This document shows, one piece after another, positions 18,459 to 29,470 of a stretch of 64,000 bases of DNA (position 1 is the first letter of the stretch; each line of letters starts with the position of its first letter). The notes under the pieces were generated by a model. That model had not been told where the DNA came from, ran no database searches, and saw nothing but the letters and a program-made list of their open reading frames with translations. This stretch comes from Moraxellaceae bacterium (GTDB taxonomy: Bacteria; Pseudomonadota; Gammaproteobacteria; Pseudomonadales; Moraxellaceae). Made by a program: the position numbers and the translations under genes. The stretch covers positions 283-64,282 of the forward strand of contig JBHAEG010000067.1 of the NCBI GenBank assembly GCA_041855445.1. Direction: 5' to 3'.

Positions 18459-19124
18459 TCAGGGTTGATATAAGGCATTTTGCAAAATATATTCTAATAC
18501 ACAGGCGGGCAAATTTTGACTAAGTTTTTCAATATTGCCAAGTTTTATCCATTGTCGGATTTGGCTACTGGAAATATTGGGTGCATGAAAATCATCAATA
18601 TAAATACATTGATTAGCTTTTTTTAATAAATCTTGTGCTTGAAATGTCAATAAATGATGAAATTGTTTATCGCAAAATTCAAACCATGTTGGATTTTTTT
18701 CTGTTTGGCGCGGTAGTACCCACAAATGACAAAAGTTGCTAATCTCATTACCACGAAACCAACGATGTAATTGTAATAAGCTATCCTCACCCATAACAAA
18801 AATCAAGGTATCATCAGGATATTGTTGGCGAAATTGATAAATTGTATTGAATGTATAAACAGGTGGTGTTTGGAAAATTTCATTATCATCAATCGTAATG
18901 GCTGATTGTTGATTTGATTTGATAGCTAACTGTAGCATTGCTAAACGATGTTCGCTTGCTAAGCTATCTTGTTTAAATGGTGACCTTGCGGTTGGCAATA
19001 AGGCAGGTAGGATTTGACTTTGGGGGGAAAGTTGTTGTACTGTTTGATACACATGCTGAATTATCGCTAAATGTCCATTATGCACAGGGTCAAATGACCC
19101 CCCAAGCCAAATCCGAATAGTCAT
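18459..19124 (-). CDS. nadD: Nicotinate-nucleotide adenylyltransferase
   Basis: GGSFDPVHNGH (HxGH), VMGEDS, ISSSQIR; upstream of rsfS. Confidence 0.9.
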   Translation of the reverse strand: MTIRIWLGGSFDPVHNGHLAIIQHVYQTVQQLSPQSQILPALLPTARSPFKQDSLASEHRLAMLQLAIKSNQQSAITIDDNEIFQTPPVYTFNTIYQFRQQYPDDTLIFVMGEDSLLQLHRWFRGNEISNFCHLWVLPRQTEKNPTWFEFCDKQFHHLLTFQAQDLLKKANQCIYIDDFHAPNISSSQIRQWIKLGNIEKLSQNLPACVLEYILQNALYQP

Positions 19125-19137
19125 TATTTCTTTCCCA

Positions 19138-21288
19138 TTAATTTTTTGTATTATCAATGGCTTGTACAGCAGTTAATGCAATGGTGTAAACAATATCATC
19201 AACCAAGGCACCACGAGATAAGTCATTGACAGGTTTATTTAGTCCTTGCAACATTGGACCTACGCTAATCACATGGGCAGAGCGTTGTACGGCTTTGTAT
19301 GTGGTGTTGCCTGTGTTTAAATCTGGAAAAATAAATACATTGGCTTTACCTGCGACAGGAGAATTTGGGGCTTTGGATTGAGCAACGCTTTTTACTGAAG
19401 CAGCATCATATTGTAAAGGTCCATCAATTAACAAATCAGGGGCTTTTTGTTTGGCAATCTCGGTAGCAAGACGCACTTTGTCTACATCATCACCTGAGCC
19501 AGATTGCCCTGTTGAATAGCTAATCATGGCGACTTTGGGTTCAATGCCAAAAGCTTTTGCAGATTGGGCTGATTGTAGAGCAATTTCGGCAAGCTGTTCA
19601 GCGGTCGGGTCGGGATTAATCGCACAATCACCATACATCACGACTTGTTCAGGTAACAGCATAAAAAACACAGAGGAAACCAGTGAATATTGTGGAGCGG
19701 TTTTAATTAATTGAAAGGCAGGGCGGACAGTGTTTGCTGTGGTATGCACTGCTCCAGAAACTAATCCATCAACATGACCTTGTTGCAACATCATCGTGCC
19801 TAAAACTACGGTATCTTTTAGCTGTTCACGGGCTTGAGTATCATTGAGTTTGCCTTTTCTACGTTCAACCATCGCTGACACATAGTTATCAATCATTGGT
19901 GTTGGGTCGAGAATTTCTAAAGAGGCAGGCAAGTTTAACCCAAGATTTTCGGCAACCTCTTTGACTTCACGAGGTGGGGCAAGTAGCACACATTGAGCGA
20001 TGCCACGGGTTTGACAAATCACGGCTGCTTCGACCGTGCGAGGCTCTGTACCTTCTGGTAATACAATACGTTTTTTCGCTTGTTGGGCTTTTTTGACTAG
20101 TTGATGACGGAAAGAGGCAGGCGATAATCTAGGTGTTTGATTTGGTTTACTAAAATAATTTTTTATCCAAGATAAATCTAAATGGGCGGCGACAAATCGG
20201 GTCACTTCTAATGCTCGATTAACGTCATCTGCTGGGATTTCATGACTGATATTGACGAGATTTTGTACTGTAGTATAGCTATCAGTATTGACCGACATCA
20301 CAGGAATACCCGTTTTTAATGCAGAACGGCATAATTTAATGACGTTATCATTTGGAATGATACCGCCTGTTAAAATGACTCCTGCCAATGGAATACCATT
20401 GACACTAACTAATGCGGTGGCTAATAATAAATCGTCTCGGTCTCCTGGAATGACTAACAATGTGCCACGACTAAACGCATCGCCAACTCGTGCCACAGTA
20501 CGGGCTAATAAACGTGTACTAACTACACGGCGATTTTTTGCATCGCCTTCATTGAGCCAAGTTGCCCCAAGTGCCTGAGCCACGTCCCAAGTGCGAGGCA
20601 CACTGAGTGTGTTACTAAAAGGTACAACGCCAATTAATTGAAATTGATTTGTTGCAAATGCTGGGGAAAATTGTTGTATCGATTGGATTTGATTATCATC
20701 AAGTGGAATTTTAGCCTCACCAGGGGCAACAGGTTGATTTTCATAGGCATTTTCGATGTCTTTGACTCGCATCAAAATACAGCCAAGCGTTCTATCATCG
20801 GCAATTCCGCCAAATTCCTGAGCATAAATTTCTAATTTGTCTGCCAAAGCTTCAGGCTGTTTAAAGTCGGCATTGCTAATTAAAATAACTTTGGCATCTA
20901 AAGCATTCGTAATCGCAAGATTGACTTTTTCAGCATAGCTGGTTTCATTATCAGACACTAAACCTTCACAAATTATCACATCATAATCATCAGCAAAAAT
21001 TTGTGAATGGGCGACCACTTCTTCCATTAAATCATCAAGTTGGTCATTACTGATAAAACGTTCAAGACGGCTACGGCTGATGGACTGGGGCGGTGTTAGA
21101 TTAAAAGCGTGTTTTGCTAAAATACTTGAGCTATCAATGGTTTGATTAGAGTCAGTATGATGGGTTTGTAAAAATGGTTTCATAAAACCTGCTTTAATCC
21201 CAACATAATCTAATGCTCGAATAAATCCCAAACACGCCGATGTTAAGCCAATGCCACTACTGGTTGGCACAAATAAAATCGTTTGCAT
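19138..21288 (-). CDS. pta: Phosphate acetyltransferase (long form with DRTGG domain)
   Basis: IPGDRDD, IVLPEG, DGLVSGA, DCAINP, DGPLQYDAA, FPDLNTGNTTYK, DLSRGA. Confidence 0.96.
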   Translation of the reverse strand: MQTILFVPTSSGIGLTSACLGFIRALDYVGIKAGFMKPFLQTHHTDSNQTIDSSSILAKHAFNLTPPQSISRSRLERFISNDQLDDLMEEVVAHSQIFADDYDVIICEGLVSDNETSYAEKVNLAITNALDAKVILISNADFKQPEALADKLEIYAQEFGGIADDRTLGCILMRVKDIENAYENQPVAPGEAKIPLDDNQIQSIQQFSPAFATNQFQLIGVVPFSNTLSVPRTWDVAQALGATWLNEGDAKNRRVVSTRLLARTVARVGDAFSRGTLLVIPGDRDDLLLATALVSVNGIPLAGVILTGGIIPNDNVIKLCRSALKTGIPVMSVNTDSYTTVQNLVNISHEIPADDVNRALEVTRFVAAHLDLSWIKNYFSKPNQTPRLSPASFRHQLVKKAQQAKKRIVLPEGTEPRTVEAAVICQTRGIAQCVLLAPPREVKEVAENLGLNLPASLEILDPTPMIDNYVSAMVERRKGKLNDTQAREQLKDTVVLGTMMLQQGHVDGLVSGAVHTTANTVRPAFQLIKTAPQYSLVSSVFFMLLPEQVVMYGDCAINPDPTAEQLAEIALQSAQSAKAFGIEPKVAMISYSTGQSGSGDDVDKVRLATEIAKQKAPDLLIDGPLQYDAASVKSVAQSKAPNSPVAGKANVFIFPDLNTGNTTYKAVQRSAHVISVGPMLQGLNKPVNDLSRGALVDDIVYTIALTAVQAIDNTKN

Positions 21289-21301
21289 GATGACTATCCT
21301 T

Positions 21302-22474
21302 TTATAAGCCTAAAACTTGTTTAGTTTCTTTACTGATTTGAGCTTCTTCATCAGTTGGGATAACCCACAATTGTAATTGACTATTTTCAAGATGAAATGC
21401 CCCTTCTACACCACGACTTAACAGCTGATTTTTTTCATGGTCAATGCTAATGCCAAAGTGAGGCAAGTTTTCTAGGATTTTTTCTCGGACTAATGGACTA
21501 TTTTCGCCAATGCCTCCTGTAAAAATAATGCCTGTGAACGTTGGTAAGGCACAGCTCAACGAGGCGATATAGCGAGCCACTCGGTAACAGAAAATTTCTA
21601 AGGCTAAGGTTGCATCAGTATTACCTGCAAGGTGGGCTTGCTCAATTGTTCGCATATCATTTGATAAACCTGATAATGCCAGTAAGCCACTTTGTTTATT
21701 AAGCATCGTATCGATTTGGTCAAAATCCAGCCCTAAGGTACGATGTAAATAACTTTGTAAACCAGGGTCAATATCGCCACAACGTGTTCCCATGACCACC
21801 CCTTCTAAAGGCGTTAATCCCATACTAGTATCAAGGCTTTTACCAGCATAAATTGCTGTCACAGAGCTACCATTGCCTAGATGAGCGGTTATCCAGCCAT
21901 TTGTTTGGCGTTTAGTTAAACTGTCGGCTCGTTGGCTAACATAGATGTGCGATGAACCATGAAATCCATAACGGCGAACTTGATATTTTTCATAGAGTTC
22001 TTTTGGCAAAGCATAACGAAACGCCTTTTCAGGTATCGTTTGATGAAATGAGGTATCAAACACAGCGACTTGAGGTAAATTTGGATAAATTTCCTGAATA
22101 GCTTTCACGCCCAATAAATTGGCAGGATTATGTAAGGGTGCTAAAACACTTAAATATTCAATTTCTGCCATGACTACATCATCAATTTTTACCGCCTGCA
22201 CAAATTTTGCCCCACCATGTGCGATACGATGTCCAACAGCAATTGGCTGATAGTTATTTAATAAAGATAAAATTTTTGTTAAGGCAGTTTGATGATTAGC
22301 ATTGGCTAAGGCAATTTCAATTTTTGAGCCATCAATGTCAGTATGTTTAATACGAGCGGTATCTAGCCCCAAATTTTCCGCTAAGCCTTGAATTCGAGCT
22401 TGTGCATCATCGCTTAACAAGGCATATTTAATTGATGATGACCCACAGTTTAATACTAAAATAGGATTGTTCAT
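21302..22474 (-). CDS. ackA: Acetate kinase
   Basis: LNCGSSSIKY, GHRIAHGG, APLHNPAN, FDTSFH, RRYGFHG, FTGGIGEN; start MNNP at 22474. Confidence 0.96.
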   Translation of the reverse strand: MNNPILVLNCGSSSIKYALLSDDAQARIQGLAENLGLDTARIKHTDIDGSKIEIALANANHQTALTKILSLLNNYQPIAVGHRIAHGGAKFVQAVKIDDVVMAEIEYLSVLAPLHNPANLLGVKAIQEIYPNLPQVAVFDTSFHQTIPEKAFRYALPKELYEKYQVRRYGFHGSSHIYVSQRADSLTKRQTNGWITAHLGNGSSVTAIYAGKSLDTSMGLTPLEGVVMGTRCGDIDPGLQSYLHRTLGLDFDQIDTMLNKQSGLLALSGLSNDMRTIEQAHLAGNTDATLALEIFCYRVARYIASLSCALPTFTGIIFTGGIGENSPLVREKILENLPHFGISIDHEKNQLLSRGVEGAFHLENSQLQLWVIPTDEEAQISKETKQVLGL

Positions 22475-22798
22475 AAGATGAGATTTCCTGAAAAAATTGA
22501 AGTATATCCTTATTTTGGTAACATCATTCAAGATTTCCTTATCTTTGAAAAATATATTGTAAAATAAAAAATGATTTTTAGTTATATTATTTGTATCATT
22601 TTTATACAGACTAACTAGTTTATCATTGATTTAGTTAAGATTATTTTTTTATCATAAAATAAAAATTGCATTTGTGATAAATATTTTTTATTTAAATCAA
22701 TCAATATTTAGATAATAATATATCAATCAGTTTCTTATTGAAAAAAAAATCTAAAAAAAGCTACAATAGCCAGATTTTACTGAGCTGAAAGATAAGTT

Positions 22799-22996
22799 AT
22801 GCAAATTAAATTATCAACGATACAACGCTATAGCGTTTCTTTAATATTGGGTTTTTGTGCATTCATGATGGCAGGCTGTGGGCAAAAAGGGGCATTATAT
22901 CTTCCAAACCAGCCTTCAGAAACAAAAAATCAAACCACTCAACAAGCGAATAACACTAACGAAACGCAACAACAAGGCGATAGCAATGAATTTTAA
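22799..22996 (+). CDS. lptM: LPS translocon maturation lipoprotein LptM (YifL/LppL)
   Basis: AGCGQKGALYLP lipobox motif directly upstream of lysA. Confidence 0.85.
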   Translation: MQIKLSTIQRYSVSLILGFCAFMMAGCGQKGALYLPNQPSETKNQTTQQANNTNETQQQGDSNEF

Positions 22997-24269
22997 TCAT
23001 ATACAACCTGAACAACTGGTATCACACTTGCCCGCCCTGACTTATCATAATAATCAACTTTTGATGGATAATATCGCAATTGTAGATATTGCCAAACAGT
23101 ATGGTACGCCATGTTATGTGTATAGCAAACAAGCAATTTTAGCCAATTATCATGCCTATACAGATAGTTTTGCAGATATTGACCATCAAGTGTGTTATGC
23201 GGTAAAAGCCAATAGTAATTTGGCAGTGTTACAGTTACTCGCTCAAGCAGGAGCTGGCTTTGACATCGTCACGGGTGGTGAACTTGCCCGAGTATTAACG
23301 GCTGGTGGTGACCCTAGTAAAATCGTTTTTTCTGGTCTTGGCAAAAGTGAACATGATATCGAAACGGCTTTGACGGTGGGCATAGCCTGCTTTAATGTCG
23401 AGTCAGAAACGGAGCTTTATCGTATTAATCAAGTCGCCAAAAAACTTGGTAAATCTGCCCCTGTGTCACTACGAGTTAATCCTAATGTTGATGCTAAAAC
23501 TCACCCGTATATCTCTACAGGATTAAAAGAAAATAAATTTGGCATTGCACATGATGATGTATTGCGTGTTTATCAAATTGCTAAAAAATTATCGAATATC
23601 AACATCACAGGCATTGACTGTCATATCGGCTCACAACTGATGGAAAATCAGCCATTTGTTGATGCGTTAGATAAAGTGATAGAAATGATAGATATGCTTT
23701 TAGCTCATGACATTCAGCTTGAACATATTGATTTAGGCGGTGGGCTTGGGGTGAAATATATTGATGAAAATCCTGTGAGTATTCAAGATTTTGCTAAATT
23801 ATTAATGCCAAAATTACAACAGCTAGGATTAAAAGTGTATTTAGAGCCAGGGCGTAGCATTGTGGCAAATGCAGGAATTTTAGTCACTAAAGTCGATATT
23901 TTAAAACCAACCAATCATAAAAATTTTGCGATTGTTGATTCGGCGATGAATGACTTAATTCGCCCTGCACTATATCAGTCAGAAATGGCAGTTATTCCCG
24001 TGACACTCAATAATCATCAACAAAAAATTTGGGATATAGTGGGAGCAATCTGTGAAACAGGCGATTTTTTAGCAAAAAATCGTAAATTACCACTGCAAGA
24101 AAACGATTTATTAGCAATCACAGGCGCAGGTGCGTATGGCTTTGTAATGTCAAGTAATTATAACAGCCGTCCCAGAGCCTGTGAAATTTTAATTGCTGAT
24201 GAAAAAACCCACATTATCCGTGAGCGAGAAACCGTTGAAAGCCTGTGGGAACGAGAACGAATGCTTTGA
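22986..24269 (+). CDS. lysA: Diaminopimelate decarboxylase
   Basis: YAVKAN, GFDIVTGGE, HIGSQ, DLGGG, EPGR, ICETGD, GAYG..MSSNYN; ATG at 22986. Confidence 0.96.
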   Translation: MNFNHIQPEQLVSHLPALTYHNNQLLMDNIAIVDIAKQYGTPCYVYSKQAILANYHAYTDSFADIDHQVCYAVKANSNLAVLQLLAQAGAGFDIVTGGELARVLTAGGDPSKIVFSGLGKSEHDIETALTVGIACFNVESETELYRINQVAKKLGKSAPVSLRVNPNVDAKTHPYISTGLKENKFGIAHDDVLRVYQIAKKLSNINITGIDCHIGSQLMENQPFVDALDKVIEMIDMLLAHDIQLEHIDLGGGLGVKYIDENPVSIQDFAKLLMPKLQQLGLKVYLEPGRSIVANAGILVTKVDILKPTNHKNFAIVDSAMNDLIRPALYQSEMAVIPVTLNNHQQKIWDIVGAICETGDFLAKNRKLPLQENDLLAITGAGAYGFVMSSNYNSRPRACEILIADEKTHIIRERETVESLWERERML

Positions 24270-24383
24270 TAGATAGAAAAATAGTGACTTTGTAAAACAA
24301 TCTGCCTTAATTATTCTGTTTCGTGATAAGATAGTGCCTAACTTTTGCAATGAAAGAAAGTTAAATAAGAAGGATTAAAAGGT

Positions 24384-25289
24384 ATGTTAATTGAATTTAC
24401 AAAAATGCACGGCTTGGGTAACGATTTTATGATGATAGATTTAGTTACCCAACGATTACAGCTAACAACAGAGTTAGTCAGATTATTAGGCGACCGTCAT
24501 TTAGGCATTGGTTTTGACCAGTTATTAATCGTTGAACCACCAAGCCGTCCCGATGTGGATTTTCGCTATCGTATTTTTAACGCTGATGGCTCAGAAGTAC
24601 AACAATGTGGTAATGGAGCAAGATGTTTTGCCCGTTTTGTACAAGCTCGCAAATTGTCGTTTAAACAACGTATTCGTGTAGAAACGGCAAGTGGTGTAAT
24701 TACATTGGCTACAGACAATTATGGTTGGGTACAGGTGGATATGGGTAAACCAAAATTTGAACCTGAAGAAATCCCTTTTGCTCCAAAAGCCATTACTAAA
24801 GTACAAAATTCTTATCGTCTTGATGTGGCAGGCACACCTGTAACGATGTATGTGGCAAATATAGGCAATCCGCATGCCGTGATTAAAGTTGATGATGTGC
24901 TAACAGCTGATGTGGCAACACTGGGTAGAGCGATTGAAAATCACCCAGCATTTCCTGAAAAGGTAAATGTCGGCTTTGTGCAAGTCATGAATGACCGTCA
25001 TATTCGTCTGCGTGTGTATGAACGAGGTGTCGGCGAAACTCAAGCTTGTGGAACGGGGGCATGTGCTGCGGTGGTAACAGGCATTCGTGAAGGCTGGTTA
25101 GAAGAAGGGGCAGAAATTCGTGCCCAGTTATACGGCGGTAGCTTGATTATTCGCTGGCAAGAAGGCTATTCAGTGCAAATGACAGGCCCTGCAACTTTTG
25201 TTTATGAAGGGGTATTTAGCCCAGATGGTTTAATGGCTGGGGCAGGTTTAAAGCCAGTAACTCAGCAAAATTATGAACTATATGAATAA
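24384..25289 (+). CDS. dapF: Diaminopimelate epimerase
   Basis: [35 protein letters not shown]. Confidence 0.96.
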   Translation: MLIEFTKMHGLGNDFMMIDLVTQRLQLTTELVRLLGDRHLGIGFDQLLIVEPPSRPDVDFRYRIFNADGSEVQQCGNGARCFARFVQARKLSFKQRIRVETASGVITLATDNYGWVQVDMGKPKFEPEEIPFAPKAITKVQNSYRLDVAGTPVTMYVANIGNPHAVIKVDDVLTADVATLGRAIENHPAFPEKVNVGFVQVMNDRHIRLRVYERGVGETQACGTGACAAVVTGIREGWLEEGAEIRAQLYGGSLIIRWQEGYSVQMTGPATFVYEGVFSPDGLMAGAGLKPVTQQNYELYE

Positions 25290-26235
25290 TTTACAAAAAA
25301 ATCAATTGGCCATTGTGAAGACGGAGCAAATTGCTTTTGTTGAGCAATGGCTATTTCAATTATCCGCTCAACATTATGCACCAGCTAGTATCAATAGCTA
25401 TCAACAGGTGATGCGAGCATTTGAAAAATTCATGGAAGATAAACAATTATCTACATGGACACAAGTTAATAGACAACATTTATTGGCTTATATTGCAAAA
25501 CGTACAGATACTGATAAATTAGCTAAAATTAGTGTTCATCATGAAATAACCGTATTAAAACAGTTTTTTCGATGGCTTATCAAACAAAATGTTATTCAAA
25601 TTAATCCAAGTATTGGCTTACGTCTAAAATACCCGCCAAAGACTTTGCCTAAATTAGTTGATGCTGATTTATTAAGTCAATTACTTGACCAACCGCCACC
25701 AGAAAAGCCAACAGATGCCCGATTATGGATACGCGATAAAGCGATGCTTGAGCTGTTATATGGCAGTGGTTTACGAGTGAGTGAATTAATTAATTTAAAT
25801 ATACAAGATATTGATAAAAATCAATTTTTACTCAGAATTACGGGGAAGGGGAACAAAACCCGTGTCGTGCCAGTAGGTAGACAAGCATGGCAAGCACTCA
25901 ATCATTATTTGCCATATCGTGAATTGTGGAAAAAAAATAATGATAAAGCCGTGTTTATCAGTGAACGTTTAGGCACACGTCTTACTATTCGTACCGTGCA
26001 ACATCGAATAAAAGTTCAAGCACGGCGGGCAGGTATTGCTCAAAATTTATATCCACATCTATTAAGACATTGTTTTGCTTCACATTTATTAAGTGGTAGT
26101 GGTGATTTGCGGGCAGTGCAAGAGTTATTAGGGCATAGCAATGTCAATACGACTCAAATTTATACCCATTTGGATTTTGGGCATTTATCTAAAGTGTATG
26201 ACAATGCTCACCCTCGTTCACGTTTAAAGAGTTAA
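25273..26235 (+). CDS. xerC: Tyrosine recombinase XerC (alternative ATG at 25282)
   Basis: [44 protein letters not shown]; follows dapF. Confidence 0.9.
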   Translation: MNYMNNLQKNQLAIVKTEQIAFVEQWLFQLSAQHYAPASINSYQQVMRAFEKFMEDKQLSTWTQVNRQHLLAYIAKRTDTDKLAKISVHHEITVLKQFFRWLIKQNVIQINPSIGLRLKYPPKTLPKLVDADLLSQLLDQPPPEKPTDARLWIRDKAMLELLYGSGLRVSELINLNIQDIDKNQFLLRITGKGNKTRVVPVGRQAWQALNHYLPYRELWKKNNDKAVFISERLGTRLTIRTVQHRIKVQARRAGIAQNLYPHLLRHCFASHLLSGSGDLRAVQELLGHSNVNTTQIYTHLDFGHLSKVYDNAHPRSRLKS

Positions 26236-27186
26236 GTTTTCAGCGACAGCCAATCTTTGACAATCCATTAATGCAATATTTTCTCGCCATTGACGTTGTT
26301 GCTTGATGTCAAAATTGGTAAATAATACCTGATAATCTACTGAAAAATCAGAGCTTTCTTTAATATCTGTTAGCCATGAATTTGCAAGTTCCACCATTGG
26401 TAAAATGGAGGTATCAGTTAATGACATATTAATAAAACTGGTCACAATTTCGCCATTAGCATTAATAAACTCACTATGCCCCCAAGTTTCTCGCTCACTG
26501 ATAGCATTTTCCCGTTCAATGCTATGAGTGCCTGACTGTCCAGCACCAATCAGTAAACATTGACTATCTAAGGCACGAGCGGTTAAAAGTGACCGCCAAT
26601 GGGCTTTACCTGTCTGATAAGTAAACGCTGATGGTGCAGTGATAATTTCTGCCCCCAATTGCCGTAATCGAATTGCCAACTGTGGAAAACGTAAATCAAA
26701 ACAAATCATCATACCAATATTAGCAAATTCAGTTTTAGCAACAACTAATTCATTACCAGCTTCAAAAACTCGACTTTCATCATAACTACCAGTCGTATCA
26801 TTCACCGTGGCTTTAAACAAATGAATTTTGTCATAACGAGCAATACAATTGCCTGATGGTTCAAATAATAATGAAGTTTGACGAAATTTACCATCAGTAA
26901 CGGGACTGCCATCAGGACGGTAAGGACAAGGTAACGTGCCTGCTAAAAAATATACTTGATAAAATTCGGCAAGTTTACTACACCAGTTTTTTAACGCTTC
27001 AAAATACTGACTAGTTTTTTGTTGATTACCAAAACAAAACGCATTTTCAGGTAATACAATTAATTTTGCCCCATGTTGTACTGCCTGAATAACACCTTTT
27101 TCAATAGCGATTAAATTCTGATAAATATTAGACTGACTATTTAGCTCAATCAGAGCAAAGCAGGGATATATAGCGTGTATGTTCAT
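26224..27186 (-). CDS. Carbon-nitrogen hydrolase, Nit1/deaminated glutathione amidase-like
   Basis: E-K-C triad: LPENAF, YDKIHLF, ICFDLRFP; APSAFT; RALDSQ; TWGHS. Confidence 0.85.
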   Translation of the reverse strand: MNIHAIYPCFALIELNSQSNIYQNLIAIEKGVIQAVQHGAKLIVLPENAFCFGNQQKTSQYFEALKNWCSKLAEFYQVYFLAGTLPCPYRPDGSPVTDGKFRQTSLLFEPSGNCIARYDKIHLFKATVNDTTGSYDESRVFEAGNELVVAKTEFANIGMMICFDLRFPQLAIRLRQLGAEIITAPSAFTYQTGKAHWRSLLTARALDSQCLLIGAGQSGTHSIERENAISERETWGHSEFINANGEIVTSFINMSLTDTSILPMVELANSWLTDIKESSDFSVDYQVLFTNFDIKQQRQWRENIALMDCQRLAVAENLTL

Positions 27187-27782
27187 AACGATGTTTCATT
27201 GTTAATCGGTTTAACTAAATTTGCCACTAACCGCCGTAACTGTTGCCAATCAAAGCCATTCCCAGGGTCGGTTTTTCGTCCTCGAGCGATATCGCTATGC
27301 CCCGCCAAATGCTGTTTGGTTTTTGGGTAGGCACGATAAATCGCTACGATAACTTGGGCTAATGTGTGATATTGTTGTTCAGTAAATTCACTATTATCAT
27401 CGCCTTCTAATTCGATACCAATCGAAAAATCATTACAATTTTTTTGACCAAGATAACAAGACTGCCCAGCATGCCAAGCCCTATCTTGAAAATTGACAAA
27501 TTGGGTAACATGACCATCTCGCTCAATAAATACATGAGCAGAAACTTCCATTTGATGAATGGTTTCAAAATATGGGTGGTCATCAGCTTGTAATTGATTT
27601 TGAAAAAATGCTTTTACAAAATGTTGTCCTTGTTTATCAGTTTTACAAAATTCACTTGGTGGTAAACTGATATTATGAATGACGACCAATCGAATATCTG
27701 TTGGGTCTGGTCTGGCGTTAAAATTTGGTGAAGCAATAAAATCTGCCTCAATCAATTTTCCATCAATAATAGTAAAATTCAT
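27183..27782 (-). CDS. ampD: 1,6-anhydro-N-acetylmuramyl-L-alanine amidase AmpD
   Basis: SPNFNARP, VIHNISLPP, VSAH, RAWHAG, NDFSIGIELEG, GHSDIA..RKTDPG. Confidence 0.95.
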   Translation of the reverse strand: MNFTIIDGKLIEADFIASPNFNARPDPTDIRLVVIHNISLPPSEFCKTDKQGQHFVKAFFQNQLQADDHPYFETIHQMEVSAHVFIERDGHVTQFVNFQDRAWHAGQSCYLGQKNCNDFSIGIELEGDDNSEFTEQQYHTLAQVIVAIYRAYPKTKQHLAGHSDIARGRKTDPGNGFDWQQLRRLVANLVKPINNETSL

Positions 27783-27791
27783 AAGTATGTC

Positions 27792-28748
27792 TTAATCTGA
27801 AAATTGTTGTTCAATTGCTATGATAAAATCAGTAGCGATATGTGTACCGCATTGGTCGTCAATTTCACGGACACAGGTTGGACTAGTTACATTAATTTCG
27901 GTAATTTTACCGCCAATGACATCAAGCCCTACAAATAATAGCCCTTTTTCTAGCAAAATTGGAGCGACCGCTTCGGCGACTTCTCGTTCTTTGGTAGATA
28001 AAGGCATTGCCACGCCACGACCACCCACTGCTAAATTACCACGAGTTTCACCTTGACTAGGAATACGAGCTAAACAATAATCGACAGGTTTACCATTAAC
28101 GATTAATATGCGTTTGTCACCATCTTTAATTTCAGGTAAATAGCGTTGAGCCATGATAGGTAAGGTTTCTAACTGGGTTAGCATTTCTAAGGTTGAACCA
28201 ATATTGGGACTATCTGCGGTTAGACGAAAAATCCCCATACCCCCCATGCCATCAAGCGGTTTAACAATCACATCTTGTTGTTGTTGGATAAATTGGCGAA
28301 TATGACTTTGTTTACTGGTGACGATGGTAGGACTCATATGCTCGCTAAACCATGTTGCAAATAGTTTTTCATTACAATCACGAATACTTTGTGGGTCGTT
28401 CACGACTAAAACGCCTGCTTGTTTGGCTTTATCGAGAAAATAGGTTGCGTAAATAAATTGCATATTAAATGGTGGGTCTTTTCGCATCAAAATGACATCG
28501 AAATGTTTAATATCATAGCTTATTTTTTCTGACAACTGATAAAAATTATCAGGATTTTTAGTCACATTGATAGCTTGAGCATCAACGATGGGCTTACCTT
28601 GATTTAGCCATAAATCATTGATATTACAGTAATATAGCTGATGACCTCGTTCGCTACCTGCCCACATCATCGCAAGAGTTGTATCTTTTTTATAATTGAT
28701 AGTGGCGATATTATCCATCACTATCAGAATACGCAGTGATTTTTTCAT
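27792..28748 (-). CDS. gshB: Glutathione synthetase
   Basis: KKDTTLAM, MRKDPPF, NEKL, KPLDGMGG, RGNLAVGG, EINVTSPT. Confidence 0.96.
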   Translation of the reverse strand: MKKSLRILIVMDNIATINYKKDTTLAMMWAGSERGHQLYYCNINDLWLNQGKPIVDAQAINVTKNPDNFYQLSEKISYDIKHFDVILMRKDPPFNMQFIYATYFLDKAKQAGVLVVNDPQSIRDCNEKLFATWFSEHMSPTIVTSKQSHIRQFIQQQQDVIVKPLDGMGGMGIFRLTADSPNIGSTLEMLTQLETLPIMAQRYLPEIKDGDKRILIVNGKPVDYCLARIPSQGETRGNLAVGGRGVAMPLSTKEREVAEAVAPILLEKGLLFVGLDVIGGKITEINVTSPTCVREIDDQCGTHIATDFIIAIEQQFSD

Positions 28749-28788
28749 TATTACGTTTACCTTAAAAAATTATATTGTTTTGCTATAG

Positions 28789-29439
28789 TTATACGCCGTA
28801 TTGTTCACGGTATGCCATCATTTTGGCAAGCTGTTCATGTTGTTGTTTTTCTTTTAAATAAACAATAATATCATCAATATCAACTAATGCTTGTACGGGT
28901 ACATTTAAATTTTGGGCGAGTTCTTGAATAGCAGAGGTTTCGCCTTGACCTTTTTCTTTACGGTCGAGGGCAACGATAATACCAGCAACTTTTGCTTCTG
29001 CCTGTTCTAATAAGCTGATAACTTCACGCATTGCCGTGCCAGCAGTAATCACATCATCAAGCACCCAAACAGTTTTGCCTTTTACGTCTGCACCAACGAG
29101 GCTACCACCTTCGCCATGAGTTTTGGCCTCTTTACGATTATATCCCCAATGAGCATTGATACCATGATAATGCCAAAGTGCCTGAGCCGTTACCGCAACA
29201 AAAGGAATACCTTTATAAGCCGCCCCAAAAATATACAGTTCTTCATCTTTGTTTACTTGTTTTGCTAAAGCGTCCGCATATCCTTTGGCTAATACTGATA
29301 ACGCCTCGCCAGTGGCTAATAATCCAGCATTAAAAAAATATGGGCTGATGCGTCCTGATTTTAACGTAAATTCACCAAATCTTAACACTTGGTTTTTTAA
29401 TGCCAAATCAATAAATTCGCTAGATTGAAACGATGACAT
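28789..29439 (-). CDS. pyrE: Orotate phosphoribosyltransferase
   Basis: FGEFTLKSGRISPYFFNAG, NRKEAKTHGEGG, LDDVITAGT; start MSSF at 29439. Confidence 0.96.
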   Translation of the reverse strand: MSSFQSSEFIDLALKNQVLRFGEFTLKSGRISPYFFNAGLLATGEALSVLAKGYADALAKQVNKDEELYIFGAAYKGIPFVAVTAQALWHYHGINAHWGYNRKEAKTHGEGGSLVGADVKGKTVWVLDDVITAGTAMREVISLLEQAEAKVAGIIVALDRKEKGQGETSAIQELAQNLNVPVQALVDIDDIIVYLKEKQQHEQLAKMMAYREQYGV

Positions 29440-29470
29440 AAAATTTTCTCCAATAATAGTTGTCATGGCG

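Noticed and set aside
22738-22760. Poly-A run in the ackA/lptM spacer and 6-G runs (e.g. about 16650, 19022, 38103, 58788) as phase-variation tracts
   Set aside because: The runs are short, expected in AT-rich DNA or Gly/Trp codons, and all affected ORFs are in frame
25273-26235. Tyrosine recombinase as a phage/ICE integrase
   Set aside because: Size, motifs and position in the lptM-lysA-dapF operon identify chromosomal XerC
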